A stretch of DNA of 64,000 bases, taken from Octopus vulgaris (lineage: Eukaryota). The position numbers and the translations under genes were made by a program. The notes below the pieces were generated by a model that saw nothing but the letters and a program-made list of their open reading frames with translations, was not told the DNA's origin and searched no databases. How positions within the stretch are numbered: the stretch's first letter is position 1; each line of letters opens with the position of its first letter. This document shows, one piece after another, positions 53,208-64,000 of the stretch. Where the stretch lies: positions 117,428,001-117,492,000 of the forward strand of contig OX597821.1 of NCBI GenBank assembly GCA_951406725.2, read 5' to 3'.

Positions 53208-53719
53208 AGTATGGTAAGTATTACAGACATTAATAATAATATTAACAAACAAAGAAATTACTCAAATCTTTTCCACTTCTTTCTCCTTACTTAACTATTT
53301 ACACAGCCGAACATGTGATCATCTCAGCTACCTCTGCATCAGTAGAGGTAGATAAGATGATATTAACAAAACATGTCTTGGGTTGTATTTGCATTAAGTA
53401 TGATACATAGATAACTATTTTAATTCAATACTGCTTCAGTTGTATATGACTGATTTTTACTCAGCTGGTTGGCTAATTGCATCAGTGATTTTGCATACCG
53501 TTGCCAGTGAGTAGAACCTTGAGGCAAAAGCTTGGCAAGACAGAGATGCACATCTAGCATTCTCATCTCCTCCACTGCCAGATGATTTCTGTCGGCTTCT
53601 GATATGGTTTTGTGTCTTTAAACACAGTACATTCATAAGAGATAATACCTCTGAATGAATATTGTAGTTAATTTGGTTTCTCGTGGTGAATTGATGTTAA
53701 GTATGATACATAGATATAG

Positions 53720-53951
53720 CTAGAAAAATAAATTTTTTTTCAACACGTTAACACTGAACAGTATATATAAAGGATAAAATCTTTTTAAGAGCAGAAAAAT
53801 TTGCCAGCAACAAGCCATGAGGATTGAACTCACACCCCTGCAATATCCAGTTGGAGTGCTTTACCTTGTAAGCCAAACTACTCTTAAAAGGATTTTATCC
53901 TTCATATATACTGTTCAGTATTAACGTGTTGAAAAATTTTTTATCTTTCTA
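53720..53951 (-). mobile_element. tRNA-like cassette enclosed by ~75-bp inverted repeats
   Basis: Arms ~53720-53794/53878-53951; minus-strand TTGGCTTACAAGG..GAGTTCAATCC between them. Confidence 0.7.
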
Positions 53952-54775
53952 CGTGTTCTACTATACATTTTAATGCTTCAAAAAGAAACTTATGTTTGTT
54001 TGTGTATGATGTAATAGACACAGCTATTTTAATCTATGACTACTTCTGTTGCACATAATGGATTTATATCTTAAGGTCATTACTACAAGGCAGAACACAG
54101 GACATGTGCAATCAACTTTCGGTCCTTAGTTTTCCAACTGAGATGTTCCTGTGGTTGTTCTATAGCAACACACCTATAGCTGTCTCCTCTATACCTTAAA
54201 TCTTTCGACTGGCACAAAGTCACAAACCATCAATACTTACCACCTCCCAGTTGAGGAGCTTTTTGTTGTGGAAGATGCCCTCAGGCAAGAAGTAGGCTGG
54301 TCCACTACTAATAAATAGTGGACTGACACTGTCAGTAATGTCAGTCAGTGAGGTACGCTGTTCGGGCCAGTCCCGCAGAGATGCTGAAATATGTCATTAT
54401 AATGTGGGGCATAACAGTTTTGCAAGGTAGTTTGTGATCGTGTTGGTGCTGGTACCGCATAAAAGGCACCCAGTACACTCTGTAAAGTAATTGGTGTTAG
54501 GAAGGGCATCCAGCCATAGAGACTGTACCAAAACAGACTATGGAATTTGGTGTGGATCCTGGTCTTGCCAGCTCCTGTTAAACCACTCAGGCCATGCCAG
54601 AATGGGAAACAGTTGTTAAATAATAATGGTGATGGTGATGATGATGTCAAGCTTCAGTCTAATTCAAGCCCAACAGTAATCATTACCAATTTCTGTGAAC
54701 TTATCTTAATTTTTATTTTATTCTTATAATATGGAAAATGTATTGATGTGGAGACTTTGATATATTGAATTGCAG

Positions 54776-54971
54776 GTATTATTCGATCAGAATGGTTGCA
54801 TCCGGAAGTATGACAAGGTGGAACAAATAATGCGTGAATTCTTTGACCTCCGACTCGATTATTACAAAAGGAGAAAAGACTACTTGGAAGGAATGATCAA
54901 ATCTGAATCCCTCAAGTTAGATAACATTGCTCGCTTCATCATGGAGAAAATTGATGGACTTGTCAAAATTG
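54776..54971 (+). CDS. TOP2: TOP2 exon (VLFDQNGCIRKYD...ARFIMEKIDGLVKI)
   Basis: ttgcag/gtgaga; coiled-coil arm. Confidence 0.96.
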
Positions 54972-55101
54972 GTGAGAAAAATATCTTAATAATCCTCTTT
55001 CTTTTGAATTCATTAAAGAAATATATTTAAATTGGTTCACATTTTTGTTTAGGATCTTGTGCTCTGTTTTACTATCATGATTGTAGAATAATATGGGTAT
55101 T

Positions 55102-55205
55102 CATTATTTACATTAGACAGATATTTGTCCTCATCTTGTTGTTAACACAACATTTCAGCTGATATACCCTCCAACCTTCATCAGGTGTCTGGGGGAAATT
55201 TAGAA
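55102..55205 (-). mobile_element. Penelope-derived tail fragment with hammerhead (55144-55189)
   Basis: Minus strand GACAC-CTGATGA-A-GGTTG..CAGCT-GAAATGTT-GTGTT. Confidence 0.75.
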
Positions 55206-56022
55206 TTGGAATATGGTTATTCTTTTAAATGTCTCTCTCTTCCATATGGCGGTAATCATGTACATTTCCTACTGCGAGGCACCTATTTTTGTCCCTATAT
55301 TGTAGTTTAACCTCTCATCCCCTTCCCTCACTATTATATCCTCTCAGTTGAGGGTCATTGTCTTGCAAGTTGCTTGGTGACCTTATTGGTGCAGGTGCAA
55401 CATAAAAAGCACTAACCAGTACATTCTGTGAAGTGGTTGGCATTAGGAAGGGCATCCAGCTGTAGAAGCCATGCCAAAGCAGACGGTGGTGCTTGGCACA
55501 GTTTTCCAACTTGTGACATCCTGTTGAGCCATTGAACCTATGCCGGAATGTAAAACATTAAATGATGATGATGATGTCAACAGTGACTAGATGTTATACA
55601 TTTATAATATAATACTCTTGTGCATCTTGTCAGCTCACTGCCTTGCTTGTACAAAATGTATTGGAAGTATTGATGCATCAAAAATGTGACTAAAAGCAAA
55701 TTCTAAAGTGACCTTCGAACTGACCTAGTGAAGGATACGAAAGTTCACATGCCACAAAGCCAATGTGGCAGAAATAACGCAATCGTGGCTTTTTTTTTTT
55801 TTCTGGAACCATTTCATTTGAAAGTTTGGGTTTAATCTGCAGTTTCTGAAAGTTGTGCTGCTGTGATTTTAGAAAATTGATTCAGTTATGATCATAGAAT
55901 TCCTTTTTAGGGAACATAAGTTAGTTTCACTGTGAATTGACATATTCACTTCACTCACACACACACACACACGCAGCACTATATTTAATGTTAAAATGTT
56001 GGTTTTGTTTTGTTCTTTCTAG

Positions 56023-56120
56023 AAAATGTATCAAAGAAGGATCTGATTCAATTATTGGTCCGTAGGGGCTATGATTCTGACCCAATCAAAGCATGGAAAG
56101 ACAGTCAGTCAAAAAATAAG
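56023..56120 (+). CDS. TOP2: TOP2 exon (ENVSKKDLIQLLVRRGYDSDPIKAWK)
   Basis: ttctag/gtaaaa; GYDSDP..AWK. Confidence 0.95.
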
Positions 56121-57076
56121 GTAAAATGCTCTCAACATTTGTCTTTTGCTGAACACAGCTTATCTTCCATTTATTTGTTGCTGATAAACTGAATTAACCG
56201 AAAAGTTTAAAAATAAACCTGTGATGAGGGTTTAACCCTTTCCTTACTGTATTTATTTTGTGATGCTCTGTGTTTCTTATAATTTACTTTAAATATAACA
56301 AAGAATTTAGTAAAATAACTTGTTTTGTATGGCCAACAAGTAGAGAGATTCTGTGATTAAAGGAAGACCCATCCATAGGTATAAGGATAAATTGAAGCAA
56401 TTACTAGAATGCCTACAGCTTAATTTAACATCTTGAGAAAGTTATAGCCTAGATTGATCTGAGTAGCATAAAATGTGTCCTGATGCATCTAAACAATCTG
56501 AGTTGAAGAAATGTAACAATAAAAGAATTGTAACCTGCAATCAACAGACATACTTGTCCAATCTCAGGCTAAGTCAAAATCATCAACGTCCCCATGGCAA
56601 CTTCATAACAAAATCCATTCCTGGACTCAAGTTACATTGTCACATCCATTGCAAACAGATGCAGCTTATTTTATTTATTATCCCCCCCTTTTTTTAAAAA
56701 TCCATTCCTTCAAATACTCATACATCGAAATTGATGAGATTAGCCATTAGTATCATTAGTTAATATGTTTATATTTAACCAATTGATGGATTAGTTGTTT
56801 GGTCAATGAATCAAACAGGTTTATCAAAGACCTTTTGTTGCCATTTGCGATGTCAGTGATCTGCATTCTCCACTCATATACCTGCATCAAGCCTGCCTTT
56901 GTTTTTGTTCTTGGCATCATGACCCTCCCAACATAGGACAAAATTTGCTTCCACACATGCGTTCACATCAAGATTCTTGCAAACCAAATATTAATAAATA
57001 AAATGGTTTCTTAGTTTGGAAATTTCTTCTAAATTGTTTATTACTTGAATAACTTTTAAATTTTTTATTATTTTAG

Positions 57077-57211
57077 GAAAAAGATGACAGTTCAGATGAT
57101 GAGGAGAAAGAGGAAACAAGTGGTCCAGACTTTAACTACATCCTCAATCTACCCCTGTGGTGTTTAACCAAAGAAAAGAAAGAAGACTATATCCGTCAAC
57201 GAGAAGTCAAG
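57077..57211 (+). CDS. TOP2: TOP2 exon (EKDDSSDDEE...GPDFNYILNLPLWCLTKEK)
   Basis: ttttag/gtgaat; C-gate FNY.L.PLW.LT. Confidence 0.95.
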
Positions 57212-58974
57212 GTGAATTGATTGTTAATTTCTGAAACTTTATCCCGTCAATTGAGTAGGGTGGGGTGGGCACTTATTGGATTATCGCCCTTTACATTCTC
57301 TCGGATTTGGTTAATTTCATTATTTTACACAAGATGCAGGCATGTGTAGGTGAGAGGGTAATAAATTTGTTTCCCAACCACATAGTTTCAAGATCAGTTC
57401 CACTTTGTGGCACCTTGGGCAAGTGTCTTCTGGTATAGCCCCAGGCTACCAAAGCCTTGTGAGTGGATTTGGTTGACAGAAATTGAAAGAAATCCATCAG
57501 TGAAATATCTGTTTGTGCTGATCCTGATTCTTGTTCAGGGCCTGCATACCTATGACAAGAATGGTGGGGCTCTGGCCCGAGTGTTGAAACAGTGAACTCT
57601 GCTAAAGTTACCCAAAAGCTAGGCAGAGATGTTAAACCAGTCAATAGATTTAGTCCGATGTGAGGTCCTAAAACCAAGTATTGGTGTGGGTGTTGGTGCC
57701 ACGTAAAAAGCAGCCGGTACATTCTGTAAAGTGGTTGGCATTGGGAAGGGCATCCAACTACAGAAACTAAGCTAAAACAAACTATAGGACCTGGTGTGAT
57801 CCCTGGCTATGCCAGTTCCTCTCAAACCATCTGACCCATGCCAGCATGGAAAATGGATGTTAAATGTTGTTGATGATGATGATAAGGATGTGATACTATT
57901 CATCAGTTATTACTCACAGGCTAAATTAAGGTCTGGGACCTATTTTTGTGGGAAGCCTGAGAGATTGAATGGGGACTCTTATAGAAATTTGAGTGCTCAA
58001 AGCTCATAGACTCCAATTCAGTTGTCAGTTATTCTGTGTTTTGAAACTTTGCAGATGAGAACTATATCTCCCCATCATACTTACATACAGCTGGTCTGAG
58101 ACAATGGGAGCTAATTTGTTTTTTATATGCACCCATGTGCAATACCAACGATTAGATGTGAATCCCTCACCCTTCATCTTAAGATTTTCGACACTCCTTT
58201 TTATCGTGTTTAGCTGTCCCCCACCTCCCTGTATGTGTCATTGTTTTGATACACATCATCGTCCGCTTTCCATGCTGGCATGGGTTGGATGGTTTGACTG
58301 AGGGCTGGCAAGCCAGAAGGCTGCGCCAGGCTCCAATCTTGATCTGGCAAGGTTTCTACAGCTGGATGCCCTTCCTAACACCAACCACTCCAAGAGTGTA
58401 GTGGGTGCTTTTTACGTGCTACTGGTACAAGGGCCAGTCAGACGGTACTGGCATCGACCATACTTGAATGGTGCTTTTTACACCACTGAATATACTAATT
58501 TTATTAGATTTAAAACACAATTTTAAACTTACTAATTTTACTATGTTTTACATTTAAAGAAGCGATACATACCATGTTTGCTATCTTTATTCATATACAT
58601 CTCTTTTAAATAAAGAATTTTATGCCCTGAGGCAAGCTTTTGCAATCCATACAGAATCTTTGATCAGAGAAACCCATGCTATCAGAGATCAATTTGTAAT
58701 TAGTGGAACAATTCATTAAGAGTGTACCATGTTATCCTGGGTCAGTGATGAATAAATCAGCGATAAAAGTGGCTGGATCTAATATGAATTCCATGTTATT
58801 GCAGTTAAATTGTTTTTTTTTTGTGTGATGTATTTACTGATAAATTCTGCTTCTGTTGCATATTTGGTCTCTGTTTCCGCCTTCATTATAATAACAGATT
58901 TTACTTTTTAACACTTTATTTGTCAGTGTCAGTATTATAAAGTTGAGTTTAACTTTGTGTGTTTTTATTCAAAG

Positions 58975-59058
58975 GCTGGTGAACTTGAAATTTTGCGGCG
59001 CAAGAGGCCAGAAGACATTTACCGAGATGATTTGGATGTCCTTCTAACTGAGCTAGAT
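58975..59058 (+). CDS. TOP2: TOP2 exon (AGELEILRRKRPEDIYRDDLDVLLTELD)
   Basis: AAG acceptor, gtgagt donor; 84 nt, phase 0/0. Confidence 0.92.
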
Positions 59059-59912
59059 GTGAGTTGGTTTTGTCATTGATCAAGTTTCAATTATTTTCTT
59101 AGCAGTATCAGCTTTTTCTTAGCAACTGCCACCTTTTTTGGTATTTTTTTTTTATAAACCTCCCCTTTCATATTTTCTCTATTTAACCAATTGTGAAGAT
59201 GTCTGGCTTTGTGGTTAAAGCATTTGGCTCACAATTCTAAGGTCATGACCTTGATATCTGGCTACACATTGTGTCCTTGAGCAAGACACTTCATTTCACG
59301 TTGCTCCAGTTCACTCAGCTGGCAAAAATGAGTTGTACCTGTAATTCAAAGGGGGCCAGCCTTGTCACACTCTGTGTCACTTTGAATCTCTCTAAGAACA
59401 ACATTAAGTATACACATGTCTGTGGAGTACTCAGCCACTGGCATTTTAATTTCATGAGCTGTCTGTTCATTGATTTAGTCAACTGGAACCCTCATCGTCG
59501 TAACTGATTGAGTGCCATTTAGATTATTACTACATATGGTGTGGCCATGGCAGTTAAGAAGTGTTGTGGATTGTTGTGTATGTATGAGGATGGGGTGGGG
59601 TTGTTGATTGTATTGATTCTTGTAGTTGATTGCTGCTTTACTTTATGGGCCCTTTAACAATGGGGGGCCTTGACCTTGTTGCAATTTGAACTGAGAACAT
59701 AAAGAGCTAGAATAAGAGACTGCAAGATATTTTGTCTGATACTCAAATAATTATTCTAATTGATTGTTCTGGAGTGAATACATAACAATGAAAGATAAAG
59801 TTCATATATTTTGTTAACCAATGTATTTCATTGTAAACAAGTTGGAATTTAAACAAAAATATTGTGGGTGGGTGAGTGGGGAATAAAACTTGGAAAGTCT
59901 TGACATATCGAT

Positions 59913-59998
59913 GGGCATATAGCTAAGTGGTTAAGAGTGCGGGCTACTAACCCTTAAAATTCCGAGTTTAATTCCAGGCAGTGACCTGAATAATAATG

Positions 59999-60034
<36 letters not shown>

Positions 60035-60176
60035 TCGAAAAATACGTTAGGAATGAAAACCCAGATTTGAAATTTCCCCATGACACCTGATGAAGGCTGG
60101 AGGGTATATTAGCTGAAACGTTGTGTTAGCAACAAACAAGATGAGGACAACTATCCTTCAATTGTAAATAATGTAT
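59913..60176 (+). mobile_element. tRNA-headed, hammerhead-containing element (Penelope-derived SINE/retrozyme candidate)
   Basis: Starts at tRNA-like head 59913-59986, then (TAA)n, hammerhead and tail; homologous to 29964-30181. Confidence 0.75.
60082..60127 (+). ncRNA. Minimal type-I hammerhead ribozyme motif (canonical core)
   Basis: GACAC-CUGAUGA-A-GGCUG(10 nt)UAGCU-GAAAC-GUU-GUGUU; palindromic ACGU stem III as in PLE hammerheads. Confidence 0.75.
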
Positions 60177-60181
60177 ATAAT

Positions 60182-60226
<45 letters not shown>

Positions 60227-60603
60227 GGATGTGCTGCCTAGGTAGACAAGGTAGGCAGTGCCTACCTTGAATGGAATAGATTGATAGCAGCATGTTCCTT
60301 TTATGGCAAAATATGCACCTAATCAATAAAATTATGAAGGTTACTCTGATTACTATGCATAAAATGCAAAATGTTTTATCTTTTTGCAGATTAGGTTGGC
60401 ATAATTTGTCCCTTCTTTTCAATCTCAGTATTTAAGTTACTCATAATAATGCTGTAGTACATGTGCTGTGTACATTCCTGCAATAATAATTGAGCATCAG
60501 CCGAACCGTTGTGTTAACAACAAACAAGATGAGGAGAAATATCTGTTAAATGTAAATAATGTCTCATCCCTTAAATATTGTTATTCTGTTTTCTTTTATG
60601 TAG

Positions 60604-60804
60604 CAATTTGAAGAACAAGTACGGGAAGACGAGAAAGTAGATATCATCAAAACCCAGAAGTCTTCAAAGGGTCGTGTAAAACAAAAGAAGATTACCCTCG
60701 AAGAGACTCTTCCCTCTCCTGTTGGTCGACGTATTCAGCCTGTCATTGATCATGCTACCAAAATCAAGGCTGAGAAAGAAGTAGCTTCTAAGAAGCGACA
60801 ACAA
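60604..60804 (+). CDS. TOP2: TOP2 exon (QFEEQVRED...ETLPSPVGRRIQP...)
   Basis: tgtag/gtaagt; conserved LPSPxGxR linker into the CTD. Confidence 0.93.
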
Positions 60805-62331
60805 GTAAGTGTCCATTCTTACCCGTCTTTTTCAGTTGTGTCATAGTTTGTCTACCAGAACATTGTTTGATCTTTCCTCAGATAAAAAGGGCCCAAACTT
60901 GGCATGGCAGGAAAGTAGGTACTTATCTCTTGAGCTTTGATATTTTTTTAGTAATACCTCTATTTGGAAAAATATGGGTTTATTGTATCACAGGACATTG
61001 ATTGATTAAGCACCCAGCACACTCTGTAAAGTGGTTGCCATTAGGAAGGGCATTTGGTCATAGAAACCTTGCCAAGACAGACAAATGAAGCCTGGTGTAG
61101 CTCTCTGGCTGGCCAGCATAGAAAACGGATGTTACAATTATTATGATGATGATGATGATGGTACTGCTGGGTGACCCTCCATTACTTTAGCATGTAATCC
61201 CTAAGGGTTGTCATGAAAATGCAAAAATGGACATGACAGTTTCTTTTTTTAATTAAATGTTGTATAAGTGCAAGCATAACTGTGTGGTTAAGAAGAGTGC
61301 TTCCAAACCATGTTGTGCTGTGTTCAGTCCCATTTTGTGACACCTTGATCAAGTGTCTTCTACGGTCTCTGGCCGGCCAGTGCCTTGTGTGTGAATTTCG
61401 CAGATGGAAACTGAAAGAAGCTCTGTATATGTATGTGTATATGTATTTGTACTTACGATGGTTGTAAATGAGCATTGCTGTCATTCAAACAAGGTTGACC
61501 GTTTCTAGTCTTCTGTGAAAATCATGACCTAACCATGGGAAAATATTATCTGGCTTGGAAATAGGTGAGGAGCAGTGACAGGAAGAGCATCCCGCTTTAG
61601 AGAAAAATGCCTCATCAAATTAGGTCAGATCCATACAAACATGGGAAAGTGGACATTAAATGGTGATGGTGATAACAATAAAGGTTATTCAAACTGTATG
61701 TTTTGGCAGGGTGTCTCTTGTTCTATACAAAGGTGCTACTTGACATATACAGGCATACATACGTGTGTGTATATAGGGTGCTGTGTGGTTAAGAAGTCCA
61801 CTTCATAACTCTCCAGTTTGAGGTGCAGTCCTACTTTAAGGCTGCTGCTTTGGATTGACCCATGTCTTGTGAGTGAAATTTTGAAGACAGAGTTCAGAGG
61901 CAGACTGCTACTGTTTTTGGGTGTTAGACTTAACCTGCTGTCTGTTTAACACCATTACTTGGCCCTTGGACTCCTTTTGCTGAGAAACCCAATCTGGAGG
62001 CATTAATGCTATTTCTGTGGGTTATTTTGTCCTACCATACATAGAAACCCTTGACAAAGGTAATGGCTGTGTTCCCTTTCCATTGCTTAACCCCTTAGCA
62101 TTCAGATTACTCTCTCAAATATAATGTTTATTCATATTGTTTTGATCATGGACTATTTCATAACTTTGATATTTCGACGATGTGATTGTTTATTTTTACA
62201 ATGACATTCTAGGGTAGTTGTTAGAGGCCAGTTCTGGCCTGTTAGAACTTCAAAATGGTAGAATATTTGGGTCGGATTTGGCCAGTTTAAATGCTTACCG
62301 TCCCCAAGTTTGTGTGAATGTTCCTCTACAT

Positions 62332-62581
62332 CAGTATTTCTCAACCATTTTTTACCCATAGACTCCTTTGATTCCTGTTCTAAGCTACTGGAGCCCCGTA
62401 GCCATTTGCTGTGTAAAAATCCTGTCATTCTTTTATATTTAGATATTAGGAAATGTATTAAAAAAATGTTAAACTATTTTATGCATTGAAGAAGTATAAC
62501 CAATTTATTGCTCATAAGCTTTAACAACAAAATCTTATTTGGACTCCCAAGGGTCATGTAGACCTCAGTTTAGAACCACTG
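62332..62581. mobile_element. hAT-like MITE (related end at ~2920-2960)
   Basis: CAGTATTTCTCAAC...GTTTAGAACCACTG termini; no clear 8-bp TSD. Confidence 0.45.
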
Positions 62582-63135
62582 AACTATTAGAGTTGCTTTG
62601 AACTATGATATGAAATATTTTAAAGTAGAGATGGAAAGTGAATCAAAACAACCATCAAAGAAATGACCATATTTTTCAAAAATACATTTTACTGTGGAAT
62701 GTTAAAAGCACATCTGAGTGTGATCGTTGTTAAGGCCACGGATTGACGACCATGCCGGTGACACGTGAAAAGCACCATTTGAGCAGGATCGTTGCCTTAC
62801 TGGCACATGTGCCGGTGGCAGTTGAAAAACAACATTTGAGCATGGTTGTTGCCAGTGCCACTGGACTGGCTCCTGTGCAGGTAGCACGTAAAAACAACTT
62901 TGAGCGTGGTCATTGCCAGAACTGCCTGTCTGTCCCTCATGCTGGTGGCACATAAAACACCCACTACACTCTCGGAGTGGTTGGCGCTAGGAAGGACATC
63001 CAGCTGTAGAAACTTTGCCAGATCAGATTGAGCCTGGTGCAGTCTCTGGCTTACCAGTCCTCCCATGCCAGCATGGAAAGCGGATGTTAAACGATGATGA
63101 TGATGATGATGATTTCCTTTCTTTTATTTTTACAG

Positions 63136-63223
63136 ATCAGAAAGGAAATGAAAGAAGAAATTGGTGACGAAAATTCACAAGAACCTAAAAGCCTCATTGA
63201 ACGCCTTGGAGAACTCAAACCAG
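63136..63223 (+). CDS. TOP2: TOP2 CTD exon (IRKEMKEEIGDENSQEPKSLIERLGELKP)
   Basis: ttacag/gtgagt; open in phase 0, charged CTD-like; gene continues past the window. Confidence 0.8.
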
Positions 63224-63927
63224 GTGAGTTGACAATTTTCCAAAATCTCTATTTCATTTATTTTACTTTTTTTTTAACTCATCAAAAAAAAAAAAAAAAG
63301 CTAAAAGTTTACATTTGTCTTCATTTTTTTAAAGAAATCAACAAATAAAACCATTTTTGAAACCAAAAATATTTTAGTCTTGAGTTTGCAATACTGTGTA
63401 ATACATACTTCATCCTTTTGCATTCTCTTACTTCAAAATTCTTTCCATACCAGTCTGTCTTTTCCATTTTCTAAGATGGTAGAATGTGATTGGTTGCTAG
63501 ATTTAGTAAGTCAAGACATTACGTGGCAGCTTTCTGGTTGGCTTTTGTAGAAGTGAGTGGTTACAGTTAGTGTATAAAGTTCACCCTGTTGTTCCAACCT
63601 GTTACATTACTCGTCAAGTGAAGATAAGCACAGCCAGCCCTGAGACAGGATTTGATGTTAGAATTCAGTAACAAAGAATATTGTGTCAACACTATGCTAT
63701 GAGTTACTTAGTAGTATGACACAGTCACACGATCAAGTTTGGATTGGCCAGGCCAGATGCCTCACCTCCACCACTTGCTAGCCAAATAATAATCCAAATA
63801 ATTATGATGTTCTTTTACCCAAGTACATATGCAATATTTTACTGGGAGCAGATGCATGTAGCAGTTTATTATTCATTGCAGTGTATTATACTTGATGGCG
63901 GGGTGGTGGTAATTTCAATTAAAAAGA

Positions 63928-63966
<39 letters not shown>

Positions 63967-64000
63967 AGGCGCAGGAGTGGCTGTGTGGTAAGTAGCTTGC

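Overview
AT-rich, repeat-dense animal genomic DNA. The SINE, MITE and microsatellite repertoire looks like Octopus (cephalopod); this is recognised from memory, not searched. The window carries one intron-rich gene on the + strand, DNA topoisomerase II (TOP2). I traced 25 GT-AG coding exons from 15913 to 63223 (3805 nt, reading frame continuous across all junctions) covering the GHKL ATPase, transducer, TOPRIM, WHD with catalytic Tyr at 46900-46902, tower, C-gate and the start of the CTD. A candidate first coding exon lies at 10378-10413, and the 3' end lies beyond the window. Non-coding DNA holds tRNA-derived SINEs, RTE-LINE 3' ends, two Helitron derivatives, Helentron-like HINEs, a piggyBac deletion derivative with its MITEs, mariner and pogo MITEs, a 26-bp minisatellite and Penelope-like (PLE) fragments. 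The most interesting signal is a set of minimal type-I hammerhead-ribozyme-like motifs in several unrelated small elements, with canonical CUGAUGA, U6-variant CUGU(U/A)GA and U3-A8 compensatory cores. One family places a tRNA-like Pol III head between a Penelope GIY-YIG ORF end and its hammerhead, and also occurs as a free tRNA-headed copy, suggesting a PLE-dependent SINE/retrozyme system. None of this has been tested computationally or biochemically.
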